64,000 bases of DNA from Eledone cirrhosa (GCA_964016885.1 OZ024753.1:40796001-40860000), one strand, 5' to 3'. Positions 26,359 to 41,141 are shown, counted from the first letter of the stretch. Translations and numbers: made by a program. The notes: generated from the sequence alone by a model not told the origin.

Positions 26359-26745
26359 ATATTGATGATAATATTAATGACACCTCCATCCTACCCCCAT
26401 ACATCATCATATATATATTTTTTTGTCCATAGAAACCTCTATCGAAAGAGATCTATTGTAGATGAATGACAGACACATAACTATAATCAAATATTAACAG
26501 ACAATTTATTCGATAAGATGTATAAAGCTAATTTAGGCAGGCTCGGTTTCGACTAGAAATGTTGTACTGTCTCTATTACCTCCCTTGAGACAAGAACAAA
26601 ACATGGCTTCCCCAAATGGAAAAAAATAATCGATTTTTGTTACACACACACAGAGAGAGGGAAATCTTATAAAACGCATATATGAATCTTTTTTCAGTTA
26701 TACAAAAACACATACACTCACACATGCACACACACAGACATACAC

Positions 26746-26782
<37 letters not shown>

Positions 26783-26799
26783 CACTCTCTCTCACACAA

Positions 26800-26844
<45 letters not shown>

Positions 26845-26883
26845 ATATATAATACATACATATATATATATTATATATATATA

Positions 26884-27040
<157 letters not shown>

Positions 27041-27143
27041 TATAGAGAGAGAGATATATAATACATACATATATATATACATATATATATAGAGATATAT
27101 AATACATACATATATATATACATATATATATAGAGATATATAA

Positions 27144-27227
<84 letters not shown>

Positions 27228-27270
27228 CATACCTATATATACATATATATATATATATACATATATATAT

Positions 27271-27312
<42 letters not shown>

Positions 27313-27699
27313 AGGGTGAATATATGCTTGTATATATATGTCTGATTATATGCATACTTGGATGCACAATACCTAGAAACTCTATAATTTGCAAAACCGA
27401 AATATATTTCCCGAGATTACCATCTGACAGTATGACAGAAATATAAAAAATTTATAAAAAATACAAAAGTCAAATTACGAGCGTTATTAGCTATAATATT
27501 ATTAACGTAAATACAACAACATACAGTCATATACGTTATAAATACACATACACACGTACTCACACATGGTCACACACATGCTCACTCATGCATTCACATA
27601 CACACACATTCACACACACACACACACACATTTATTCATAAACACGCACCCTCCTATACTTATTTTCAATCACACTACACATACATAGACATATATGTA

Positions 27700-27751
<52 letters not shown>

Positions 27752-27810
27752 TGTGTTTATTCCTATATATATATATGTGTATATATATATACATATGCAT
27801 GTGTTTATTC

Positions 27811-27850
<40 letters not shown>

Positions 27851-27866
27851 GCATGTGTTTATTCCC

Positions 27867-27899
<33 letters not shown>

Positions 27900-28556
27900 C
27901 ATATGCATGTATTTATTCCCATATATATATATATATATATATACTTACATATGCATATATATGTGTGCGTATATATATATATATACATATAAAATATGCC
28001 TATATACGCATACACACACATGAAATATGCGTTTATGCATGGATATGGATATATTTATATACGTATATGTATATGTACGTATGTATGAATATGTATATGT
28101 CTATATGTCTATATGTCTATATGTCTATATGTATGTATGTATGATGCAGGAGTATGTATAAATAGATGTGTATATACATGCATGATGCATGTGTATATAT
28201 ATATATTTTCAACCACATTTGACGGTATTGTCAGCTTAACAGATATATTCTAATTCAATAATACAATATCTGATTACTTTTATCACTTCAACTACGATCA
28301 CTCCAATATCTCTAATATTTCCCAATGTACTGTATCATGTCGGAGTTCCATATGTCTGACAATATGAATGTTTATGGGTTGGGGTCACCCAGGGTGAGGT
28401 GGGTAGGTTTTAATTGACGATCTAACTGTCATCAAGGCACGTCTTTTTCCACGAATATTTCATTCAAATACTTTTGTATCATATTTCGTCGTTGAAGCGG
28501 TGCGTTTTCGTGTAGCTGAGGTTTGTCTGCATCTTTTGCAGACGTACAATGCCTTA

Positions 28557-29313
28557 TAGGGCCGATAAAATAAAACACCAGTAATACACTGAGGTCGATA
28601 TAATCGACTGTCCCCTCCCCTTCAAATTACTGGCCTTGTTTCTAAATCAGAAATTATTATTATTATTATAATGTTGGATTGTCAGTATCGGTAGAGGGTC
28701 GGACGCCATGCTTTCCAGCATAGTTATGTCCCTTTATATTCTGAGTTCAAATCCCACCACCAAGGTTAGCTTTGCCTTTCATCCTTATGGGGTCAATAAA
28801 ATAAAGTACCAGTAATGCACTGGGGTTCGATTCAACTGACTTGCCCCTCCTTACAAAATTGTTGGCCTTGTGCCTAAATCAGAAACCATTATTACTTCTT
28901 CAAGGTCGGTGGATTGGCAGTATCGGTAGAGGGTCGGACGCCATGCTTTCCAGCATAGTTACGTCCCTTTACGATCTGAGTTCAAATCCCGCCGAGGTTG
29001 ACTTTGCCTTTCATCCTTACGGGGTCGATAAAATAAAGTACCAGTAATACACTGGGTAATTGCTGGCCTTGTGCCTAAAGTAGAAACAATTATTATTATT
29101 ATTATTATTATTATTGTTAGCGTGCGTCAGACGCCATGTTTTGCAGCATAGAGTTATGGGCATTTACGATCTGAGTTTAAATCCCACCAAGGTTAACATT
29201 GCCTTTCATCCCTATGGGGTTGATAAAATAAAGTACCAGTCACGCACTGGTGTCGATTTAATCGACTTTCTCCTCCCCCAAAATTGCTGGCCTTGTGCCT
29301 ATAGTAGAAACCA
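28557..29313 (+). mobile_element. Four head-to-tail Meta-domain-type SINEs
   Basis: Copies at about 28557-28655, 28673-28890, 28904-29092 and 29115-29313, separated by (TTA)n. Confidence 0.88.
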
Positions 29314-29340
29314 TTATTATTATTATTATTATTATTATTA

Positions 29341-29507
29341 TGTCCCTCCGAAGTCTCCCCCCTATTGGGGAATTTTTCATTGTTATTTTTTGTTACATCC
29401 TCTATTTTTGTTTTTTACACGCAGAAATGCCCATTTGTACCGTCCTGTATTGTCCTGCACTGTCCTTAATGTCTACTTTATGTAAACCCTTGTGGTTAAT
29501 AAAGAAA

Positions 29508-29510
<3 letters not shown>
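29341..29510 (+). mobile_element. Tx1/L1-clade LINE 3' UTR in (TTA)n
   Basis: Matches 39538-39705 (reverse complement) and 40527-40628; ends AATAAAGAAATC-(ATT)n. Confidence 0.8.
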
Positions 29511-29553
<43 letters not shown>

Positions 29554-30008
29554 CAGCATAATTATCAAATTCCAAATATTGGACATATTCCAATTTTAAA
29601 ATAATGAATGAATGTACAGAAGATTCTTGGCAGAATCTAATACAATATATTCCATTGTGATTTTAAAAAAATGTATCTACGTGTGTCTACGTGTGTCTAC
29701 GTGTGTCTTCGTATGTCTGCGTCTGTCTACGTGTGTCTTCGTGTGTCTTCGTGTGTCTACGTGTGTCTAAGTGTGTATGTATGCCTTATACGGTGAGTAC
29801 GGTGACTGTGTTTTGTTGTGATTTTCTTTTTACAGAATATAATATAGAAAAAGAGTTTATATATTTTGTAAATAACACTGCACTCATTGTTTTCGTACCT
29901 CACCCTCTTTACCCCTTACACTCTATCGGTCTATCCATCAGTCTATAAACGGAAACAACAACAAAAATAACACAGTACAGTTTAACTCCTGATATTGTAG
30001 GAAAAGAG

Positions 30009-30044
30009 ATTTTACGTTTCGGACACTATCCCTTCGTCAGAAGA
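30009..30044 (-). ncRNA. Very small hammerhead-like motif (family P4)
   Basis: Minus strand CTGACGA-AGGGATAGTGTCC-GAAA-CG-TA; stem I weak; homolog at 61363-61398. Confidence 0.55.
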
Positions 30045-30331
30045 AAGAAAGAGAAATGAAGAATGAAATAGAAAAATAGAAAAAAGAACAGGGGAAGAAA
30101 AACTTCAAAAAACATAAGTGTTCAGTAAGCTCTTATATATATATATAGGTGTGTTGGTTCACTACTGGATAGAACTGGTCATTCCGTATAATTGATGTAA
30201 TATTAGGGAGAACACTCGACATAATGCAACTCACGCGTCTTCGTTTGTGTTGTTGGTGGTGCGAGTACGGAGTTAATTATTATAAAATAACAGGAGGCTG
30301 GGCTGGACTGGTAATTCCTTAAAGGTTTATT

Positions 30332-30389
30332 ATACTATGAACATTTCAATGACCGGGTTCAGTACTAATCCGGTGACATCATCAGGTAT
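30332..30389 (-). ncRNA. Minimal type I hammerhead (family P5, inverted copy)
   Basis: Reverse complement of 30542-30599 with few loop changes. Confidence 0.75.
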
Positions 30390-30541
30390 TCCGAAATTTA
30401 ACAAAGGAATATAAGTCCGTGTGGCCGCCTTCGCCCACACGGACTGGCAACTTCTCATTTTTTGGGGCGCCTTCTCGTCTTGGGCATCTTTCAGCCCCTT
30501 GGATTGTGTCTATTATATTCCGTTGTTGGATAAATTTCGGA

Positions 30542-30599
30542 ATACCTGATGATGTCACCGGATTCATACTGAACCCGGTCATTGAAATGTTCATAGTAT
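30542..30599 (+). ncRNA. Minimal type I hammerhead (family P5)
   Basis: ATAC-CTGATGA-(ACCGG..CCGGT stem II)-GAAA-TGTTCA-TA-GTAT, followed by AATAAA. Confidence 0.78.
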
Positions 30600-30650
30600 A
30601 ATAAATCTTTAAGGAATGACACCAGTCCAGCCTCCTGTTATTTTATAATG

Positions 30651-30758
<108 letters not shown>

Positions 30759-30766
30759 CATTGTTG

Positions 30767-30798
<32 letters not shown>

Positions 30799-32150
30799 AG
30801 CATTGTTGAGGCTTCCAAAATTACCAAATTTTATATATATATATATGTATGTATATATGTATGTATGTGTGTGTGTGTGTGTGTGTCTGTGTGTGTATAT
30901 GTATATGTGTATATATGTGTGTATGCATAAAACATCTGTATAACAATACAATGCTGACATGCATGTATGTGTATATTTGTATGTTTACACAAGCTTTACT
31001 ACGACTATATAGAAATGAATGTACGACATTTGTTTAATGTATGCCTGCGAGTGCACGTGCTTTTGTTTGTATGTGTAAGCATGCTATTCATTACCTAATA
31101 AGGATATCTCACCATATTCATGTTTGTTGTTTATTTTGTTAGTTTTGAGGGGTTTTTCTTTTACATAATTCTCCTTTGTAAGGTGATACACCAAAGAACA
31201 TTTTTGGCACCTATTTTTGAAAATATGGAATATTTCACTGCATCTTCGAAATAAAAGTACGACTAATGATAATAATAATAATAACAATAATAACAACAAT
31301 AATAATAATATGTAAAATTATACATATAACATATCACGTAAAATAAATATATCGAGTAAAATACACAGAGCTTTCAGCGAACAGAGAGCAACAAATATAT
31401 ATTATTAATAATAAGTGTTTACCTGTTCAATATATTTAGTTTGTATTTTTTGAAAATACAATTGATTAAGTTTTCTCACACGTAATAATAGAGAAAGAAT
31501 GAAGATGAATGCCAACAAATATATATATAAAACAAACAGAATTGTTTGGTTTCCTCGTTTCTATATGAAAACGTATAAAAATAAATTAGAGACAAAAACC
31601 CAGCATTAAATATTAACGGAAGAATTTTTGTTTGAGAATCTATTTGCTTTGTTTTTCATTCTCAATATTTTTTAATATATTTATTCTCTTCAGTCCTTCA
31701 AGAACATCAGAAATTTAGTGATTGTTATCTTTTCTTGTTCCTCAACTTTTACAATTAAATTATTTACTTATTCGTCATTACAATTATTATTTTATTTTAT
31801 TTTATTTTTTGTCGACGTCATCGTCATGATAATCATCATCATCACCACCACTAGTGACATCGATATTTTTTTTTTTTAAAGTTGCTTACTAGTCGTAAAC
31901 AATGAATACACAAATGTACACATCCACGTATACATATACAGACACACACACACACACATACATACATATATAAATATATATATATATGACACGCACTCAC
32001 ACACAAAAACAACCATTTGGTAGTAATATCCAAGGGTAAGAGCACCGAGTCCATAGGCCAAGTTAAGTATAATTAGTTACAGCAGTGACATATACAGGTA
32101 CTTAAGTTTCGTTGGGCTATACAACCCAACTCATTCAGCCTATTATATAA

Positions 32151-32181
<31 letters not shown>

Positions 32182-32353
32182 TATGATTGCTTTTGAAAAC
32201 AGCTGGTGATATTCTCTTTATCTGATGTTTTGTAACTAACCTTACATAGATCAATAACGAAGTATAGCTACAATGTATTATCATCATCTAGAAACGATCG
32301 TAAAGCAGTGAAGTATATCTCTAATGACTTGATTTTTTATTTCATTGTTTTAA

Positions 32354-32397
<44 letters not shown>

Positions 32398-33322
32398 TAT
32401 ATATATAAAATTACAAGAAACGAAGCGAGCTGTGTGGTTACTGGAAACAAAGTTTAAGATGGTAGTATTGACGAAACTAGAGAAGGACTCCTTTGTCAGC
32501 TGTTAACTGCGATCAGCAGCGCTCCCAAGACCTTTTATCGATCAAAAGGATGCATATATATATATATATATATATATATACATGAAATATTGTGCCCATG
32601 CTAACAAACCTGTGGAACATTTGTATACATTGCACACTTGCTAATAGTAATTGGAAGGGACCGTAAACCTGCTTTTGAAAGGCTTACTCTTATTGCAGGG
32701 ATTGATGCGGTTTATTTTCATCTGTTATTCTTCCCTTAAATTAATAACCCTCTATCATATCATGGTGTCTGGTAAAAGAGCAGTGTCTTACACACCTTCT
32801 CTCAAATCTGGTTTCCTACGAAGTTCTTTATGGTGCTCTAATATGTATATAAACAACATACATCATGCTATCACCTGCAATAAAGAAGATGTCACATATT
32901 ATGTTGAAGCTTTAACCTTCCACATGCAAAAGTCATCCACATGAAACCTAGAGGTCTCACGCCAAACTTTGCACGGAATCCATTAGCTAACACCTATGTA
33001 TGTGTGTATGTGCATGCTTGCTTGTTTGTTTGTCTGTGCGTGTGTGTATATATCATATATGTGTAGGTGTGCACTGGAGTTTCTGCGTGCCTGTATATGT
33101 GTGTGTTTATCTCGTAAATGTACTTCGTTGAAGGTAAAAATCCAAACGTTTGAAGTAATGGAATACGTTCTGATGACTCATGGTGAATGTATAGTATTTT
33201 GCCAGTTTAACCTTTTAGCTATTTTTGTTATGTATTATGTATTTTAAAAATCAAACTTATATTTACATTTCTTTTTGTTATATTTTTTGCTGTTCTTTTT
33301 CTTTTATTGTTTTTTGTGTTTT

Positions 33323-33368
<46 letters not shown>

Positions 33369-34301
33369 CCACCTTGTTATTTTCTGAAAATATAGGCATC
33401 TTACAATTTTTCAATTGTAAACTAAAGATAGAACGATAAAAAATACTTTTTCATCATTCTCTAATGTAAATTCTAATAAATAAATAAACATAACCAATGG
33501 CTAAAAGTACATGATTGCCAAGCGGAAAAAAACAATCACAAGTTATAAAAACACAAAGAATTACATATATGAATGGTGATGTAATATATAAGATAATTTG
33601 AACAATGTGTATTTTAGTGGAAATGAAGAAACTTGGTCTTTTTTTCTGCTTTTTGTTCAGTGCAACGACCAATTTATTTCTTGAAGAATGTACCAGACCT
33701 GCGAGGAAAAGGTAGGAATTAGCAATGATTTATAGACAATGAACTTATCCAAATTCTTGGAACTGTGTGGATTTCGTAAAGAATTATTATCGAAGCTGAA
33801 CTACCGGGATTGAACTTACGTTCCACTCGTGAAGAGAATGTTATCAAAATATAGAAATAACTGATATATATGTTGGGAAATAAACACAAAACATTTATAT
33901 TCTACCAGAGTCAAATATTTGAGTATTGCTGATTGGATAATGTAGTTTACAACAAAGATTGGATTATGGGTTAACTTACTTTTTCGGAACAGATATTTCT
34001 GATGAATATTTCAAGAGAAAAATACAGTAAATATATGTTATTGGTATAGTAGGGAAATTTGAGAAACGGAAACTGGATGGTAGACAGAAAAGACACAGAT
34101 GCCTGCCGAATACATAGACATTCTGCAGGATAAATCAATAGGGAGTTTAAGCTTATAGATATAGCCCCAGTCACATACACGCACATGCATAAATAAATAT
34201 ATATATATATATATTAGATGTGGTCTACAATTTGGTGGTAGGGTTTAGAACCTACCTCGAAAGGTAGAGCACGTTGAGTATATATATACATACATACATA
34301 T

Positions 34302-34383
<82 letters not shown>

Positions 34384-34428
34384 ATGTGCATATGCATATA
34401 TATTTATATATATATATGTATATATATA

Positions 34429-34797
<369 letters not shown>

Positions 34798-35370
34798 GCA
34801 TGGGCTGTAAATTGTTAATGAGACTACATTACACACTATTCCGATGCGTTTCCACGTGCACAATCGCACATGTATATACACACACACATATGCGCACACA
34901 CACATATGCGCGCACACAAACACGCATACAAAGACATACACACATACACTTGTGCATGCTTTCAGACGAACATTTCGAAGTTACTTTTATGAATCTTATT
35001 CATGTGTGGACGTTTTTTTGCATATTCGCGGATTCGTTGGTATGAGAGCAGTTGTGTGTGTATGCTTGTGTATGTCTGTGTGGGTGTTTGCTTATGTGTG
35101 TGTATGTCACTGTGTGTGTGTTTCTTTGTTTGTCTGTGTGTGTAAGTCAGACCGTCTAATTATCTGAATGTTCGGTTTCAATACAGTGCTAATGAAAGCT
35201 TTCACAAGAAAGAATAAAAATCATCAAATTACGGATAAAAACAAACAAGGGAGTGGACTCAAAGGAAGAAACGGCAGGTGGCTGTTAGCCAAGCTCTTAC
35301 CATTGCTGTCTATCAAATTAAGTCCCTATGGTATGTAGTTGATTGACACCAATCTGGGAAGGGGTTTATT

Positions 35371-35418
35371 AATAACTGATGAGGCGAGGAATATTCTGTG
35401 TTTAGAAACACTTATGTA
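35371..35418 (+). ncRNA. Degenerate hammerhead-like motif ending at a (TA)n array
   Basis: CTGATGA-GGCGAGGAATATTCTGTGTTTA-GAAA-CACTTATG-TA; 3' strand of stem I missing. Confidence 0.45.
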
Positions 35419-35450
35419 TATATATATATATCTATATATATCTATATATC

Positions 35451-35486
<36 letters not shown>

Positions 35487-35516
35487 TATATATATATATC
35501 TATATATATATATATA

Positions 35517-35553
<37 letters not shown>

Positions 35554-35869
35554 ATATATATATATCTATATATATATCTATCTATATATATATATATATA
35601 TGATATATATATATATATATATATATGATATATATATGATATATATATATATATATATATGATATCATAAATATATATATATATATATATGATACCAGTT
35701 ATATATATATATATCCATTTATATATATATATATATATATGATATATATATATATATATATGATATATATATATGATATCATAAATATATATATATATGA
35801 TACCAGTTATATATATATATATCCATTTATATATATATATATATTTATGATTCCAGTTATATATATATA

Positions 35870-35931
<62 letters not shown>

Positions 35932-36015
35932 AATATATATATATATAATTAAATATATATATATAAATATATATATAAATATATATATAAATATATAAAT
36001 ATATATATATATATA

Positions 36016-36051
<36 letters not shown>

Positions 36052-36163
36052 ATTCCAGTTCTTCAGTGAAATAACAACCCAACCAGGAACTGGGTATATC
36101 AGAGTATTGACAAAATTATACACCTCAACAACATATGTACTTGTCTATACCACACTAATTCGG

Positions 36164-36218
36164 ACTGCCTGAAGAGGTCACAGCCAAAGATGGCTGTCAC
36201 CGAAATATATATAGCAGT
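36164..36218 (+). ncRNA. Minimal type I hammerhead ribozyme (family P6)
   Basis: ACTGC-CTGAAGA-GGT.ACAGCCA AAGA TGGCTGT.ACC-GAAA-TATATA-TA-GCAGT, then AATAAA. Confidence 0.85.
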
Positions 36219-36642
36219 AATAAACGAAGCTAAATTTTAAACATTTGACTTTTTATTTTACTTTATTTTATATATATATATATCTATATTACATCACGGT
36301 TGACAATACGAAATGACCACTTCTATCCAGTGGTGAACCAGCAAACCTAAATATATATATACATATGTATATGTATTGTTAATGTACTCTTCCTTTCTCA
36401 AAACTCATTTCTCAATGCCTCTTTAATTATTGGACTATTCTCTTGTTTTATCTGTTGCATGTATTCCACTCTGTGCCTTTAATTGGAATTGGAATTTGTG
36501 TACAAGTATTGTACAATTCTCTTAAAATATGTCACATCCATTCGACCCTGTAAATACGAAACTGTTGCTCACAACAACAATATATATGTATCTATATTAT
36601 TGTTCAGTTGGATAGGAGGTTAATTATATGTACACACATTGA

Positions 36643-36696
36643 TAATGCTCCGATGATTCCAAACGAGAGTTTGGAAGAAACGATTGTCAGCTATTA
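36643..36696 (+). ncRNA. Hammerhead with CCGATGA core (family P7 relative)
   Basis: GCT-CCGATGA-TTCCAAAC GAGA GTTTGGAA-GAAA-CGATTG-TC-AGC. Confidence 0.72.
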
Positions 36697-36914
36697 AATG
36701 ATTTGAACACAACTTTGATAATTGTCTAATTTATTTATTTTCCTGCCCTGTAAAACGACTGATGTTCTTACATTGAGCTATTTCTCTTACTGGTAATAAG
36801 GTAGTAGGGAATTACTCACCTTTCCTGTTTATAGTTGTTTATAGTATATACATAACTATAAATAGTATTATTATTACATATGTGTGTGTATATGAGAACA
36901 GTTTTGATCGACTC

Positions 36915-37033
36915 GTAATGATGAAAGTCAAAGCTAACCTGGAGTGGATTTGAACTCAGAACGTAACTATATATAAATATATACTGCAAATCCTGTTGTC
37001 CAACGCTCTACCGATACTGCCAATCTAACGCCC
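36915..37033 (-). mobile_element. Diverged Meta-domain-type SINE 5' part
   Basis: GATTTGAACTCAG..CTCTACCGATACTGCCAATC. Confidence 0.7.
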
Positions 37034-37205
37034 TTGTTAACTTAAGTAATATCAGCTAGAAAAAAAGCCTGAAATTCGATATCGTTACGATTAGATCTCG
37101 CAACCTAAAGAAATGTTAGTTTTTGTCAAGAATCTGTTTTATTCAGTACAATGCTGTACCGAAGACGAAATCTAAGGCCAGAAAATATGTATTTATGTGT
37201 ATATA

Positions 37206-37239
<34 letters not shown>

Positions 37240-38122
37240 TATTTTTTTTTTTTTTATTCACAAATACATACACAAACACACACACACATACACACACACA
37301 CAAACACACACGTACACACACTCACAAAGCATCTGTCTAAAGCGAACGGATATAAATCCCGTGTCAGCGATGAGATGCCAGTACGTTTTTAAAAGAATCA
37401 AGTAGCTCTTGTAGGAAACACAATTATCTATTCTTTAACGAACAGAGAATGCTATGGTTAACGATGTTTCTGCTCTGAGGTGAGAATTCTTTATTAAAGC
37501 TGACAGTCATCCTCTTTTCAGTTCTACGTAAAAGCACTCCTTCAAAGCATTGTTTTCTAATTCACAGGCAATCCATCAGATTTATGCTATTCTAACAAAC
37601 AAAACAATCTACTTTTTCCTGCAAAATATCTATGTCTGCCATTATTTCTGTTTTTCACTCTTTCAGCTTTCCATCCTTTCCGTTTTCCCCTTCTTCAGCT
37701 TTCTTCCCTCTCAATCTTTTCCTTTTGTTCTGTACATGTTTATCTCCCTTTTTTATGTATATTTTTCCTTTTACGTTCACAAAGAACTATATAGTCTTTC
37801 TCCCTACGCCTTACGTTCATATCATCTGCTGTCTCTTTTACACCTTGTTCATTCTTTTTAGCAGAAGTTTGGCCTTTGATTAAGGATGCTTCTGGTAAAT
37901 ATAAGAGTTTGTTTGAGGAATTGGTGGCAAGAGAATAATGACAAAAGACGACACGTAAGATGATTTGAAAATAAATGAATGAATGAAAGAAAAAAATACA
38001 TACAACAAACAGACAAACACAATATATATATATATATATATATAATTCTCTATATAAGTATAACTATATTTATATATATATATATATAATTCTCTATATA
38101 TATATAAGTATAACTATATTTA

Positions 38123-38188
<66 letters not shown>

Positions 38189-39380
38189 CGAATTTAGGAT
38201 GACTGCGAAAATAAGTGAATGAGAATTGTTGCCGGAATTCCGGTTAGTAGAAAATTGGAAAGAAAAATGACAAAAGCATCAAGGGAGATACAAGAGAGCG
38301 GTGAGGATAAAAGCAGGGAGAGTGTGATAGAAATTTGAAAGAAAATGCCGAGTTTCATTTAAATAGAGCACAAGCAATCATACACTTCATTTCCTTATTT
38401 TGAAAGTTCTCTTTTGGCATTTTTTGATAATTTGACCATTTTTATTTTGAGATTTTTATATTTTTATATTTTTATATTTTTATTTCATTTATTTTAAGAA
38501 CTGTTGTTATTGTTGCTGTTGTTGTTTGTGTCTATGTCTCTGTCATTATTTGGCAATGTTTGTTATTGATTTTATTTATTTTTCACCAATTTATTTCTAT
38601 TTGTATTTTATTTTATTTTATTTTATTTTATTTTATTTTATTTCCTTTCTCTTCAATTCGAATAAAGAAACAGTGAACTTTATTGATTCGGCGTCACTGT
38701 CAGAAATAATGAACTCGTTTTATATATACATAGAATCCACCGTATATATGTGTATATTGTATGTGTGTATATATATATATGTGTGTGTGTCTGTGTCTGT
38801 GTATATATATATATAAATATATATATATATACACAGACACACACACACATATATATATATATACATATATATGTATATATATATATACATGTATATATAT
38901 ATATATATATATGTACATACATATATATATGTATATGTATATATGTATATATATATGTATATATATATATGCATATATATATATGTGTGTGTATATATGT
39001 ATATATATAATTGTACGTGTGTTAGAGTGCGTCTTTCTCTCTCTCTCTCTCTCTCCATCTCTCTGTATATTTATAAATATATATACACATACACGTATAT
39101 ATATATATATTATATATATATATATATATATAGTAAATGTATTTACTTCATATGATGGGCTTTTATAGTTTATAGTCTCTCTAACGTATTGTCATAAATG
39201 TCTTTTTAAGAAGAAGATAAGTGTGTGTATGGGGAGGGGGCTAATTGTTTGCTCTGACTCTGTGGTTTTCATGACAGTACTACATGAGAAGACAGGGCAT
39301 ACACATCACACGGATAGTTTGTATTGAAAACACATATGGTGTTGAAATCGAACAATATCATTATATATATATATATATAT

Positions 39381-39529
39381 AATTGTTTCTACTTTAGGCA
39401 CAAGGCCAGTAATTACCCAGTACATTACTGGTACTTTATTTTATCGACCCCGTAAGGATGAAAGGCAAAGTCAACCTCGGCGGGATTTGGACTCAGATCG
39501 TAAAGGGACCTAACTATTCTGGAAAGCAT
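39381..39529 (-). mobile_element. Meta-domain-type SINE
   Basis: Reverse-complement match to the family. Confidence 0.88.
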
Positions 39530-39537
39530 ATATATAA

Positions 39538-39790
39538 TGCTTTCTTTATTAACCACAAGGGTTTACATAAAGTAGACATTAAGGACAGTACAGGACAATA
39601 CAGGACGGTACAAATAGGCATTTCTGCGTGTAAAAAAACAGAGGATGTAATAAAAAATAACAATGAAAAATTCCCCAATAGGTGGGAGACTTCCGAGGGA
39701 CATTTGTGGAGAAACCCCATTAAAAGGCCACAGTGACCCTGACCACTAGGGCAAGTGCCCTCTCCCAGTTTTCCACCTTTAATTTACAGA
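39538..39790 (-). mobile_element. Tx1/L1-clade LINE 3' UTR
   Basis: Homologous to 29341-29510 and 40211-40340. Confidence 0.8.
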
Positions 39791-39883
39791 TATAATGTTA
39801 TTCAAAATGTTAATAAATGAAAAATATTCTCATGATCAAAATATATATTTTATTATACATATTTCAAGGGTAAAATGGTGTTT

Positions 39884-40180
39884 GAGTCCTTGAAATCTCT
39901 TTGGGATAGTATCTTGTGCTCCTATGACAATCGGGACGACCTTGATCTCAAGTCGTTACCTGCAGCCTCAAATATTCAGAACGTTTCGGAGGGATCTTGC
40001 TGTTCCCAGCAAGCATGCCTTTTGAAGTGTTTCAAAAAAAAAGGGGACTAGACAAATCTTCTTTAACCATCCTTGGAAACTCTTTGAGATAATACCTTGT
40101 GCTCCTATGACAACTGGGACGACCTTGATGTCATGACAGTCGCAAATCCTTTTTAACTCCCACTTTAAATCTTGGTATCG
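39884..40180 (-). mobile_element. R4/Dong-clade non-LTR retrotransposon, C-terminal fragment
   Basis: 40180-39968 translates RYQDLKWELKRICDCHDIKVVPVVIGAQG..LQKACLLGTARSLRNVLNI*, the characteristic R4/Dong C-terminus; partial second copy at 39884-39945. Confidence 0.82.
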
Positions 40181-40210
40181 TTATTGTTATTATTATTACT
40201 ATGATTATTA

Positions 40211-40628
40211 ACAAAGAAAAATTCCCCAATAGGGGGGAGACTTCCAAGGGACATTTGTGGAGAAAGCCCATTAAAAGACCACAGTGGCCCTGACCACCAG
40301 GGCAAGTGCCCTCTCCCAGTTTTCCACCTTTAATTTACAGACACATACTCAGAGTAGGCCCATTCACTCGGGCCATACTTGCTTCTCTCACCCATCTTTC
40401 AACAAAATGCTGGGAAGAGAGCACTTCCCTCTCTACCCTGATTTTCCTTTTCAAATGAAATTTGAAAAAGTTAATCAGGGCATCACCGAAGAGGTAAGTG
40501 CTCGTCTTCAGCCCTTTCAACCTCCGTTTTTTTTTACACGCAGAAATGCCCATTTGTACCGCCCTGTATTGTCCTGTACTGTCCTTAATGTCTACTTTAT
40601 GTGAACCCTTGTGGTTAATAAAGAAAAC
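40211..40628 (+). mobile_element. Tx1/L1-clade insertion with 5' inversion and 22-bp TSD
   Basis: 40211-40526 antisense, 40527-40628 sense; ATTATTATTACTATGATTATTA at 40189-40210 and 40629-40650. Confidence 0.85.
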
Positions 40629-41012
40629 ATTATTATTACTATGATTATTATAAATATTATTATTATTACCTTCATAATTATTATTAGTATGACATACGAC
40701 GTCACTCTGTCGCCTTTTCTCATACTTTAGAGCTTAATTTTCTATCCAACATCTGACCTATTTGTAATGTTGCAATGAATCGGCCGGACAGAGATTATCT
40801 CCTATAAGACTTATGACCATTTTAAAGACAGGATTACAAATCTGTTTTATAGCCACCATCACTCTAATGACAGAAAGAAGCTCCACCTCCTCCCCCCACC
40901 CCTGTCACGCAACCAGCGCCATTTATTATTAATACTGTTGGCATTGCCACCACAACACAAAAATAGAAGTAATAACAGCTGTAGCTGTAGACATTAATAC
41001 TGTTAGCCGTTG

Positions 41013-41098
<86 letters not shown>

Positions 41099-41141
41099 GT
41101 GTGTGTGTGTGTATGTATGTATATATATATATATATATATG

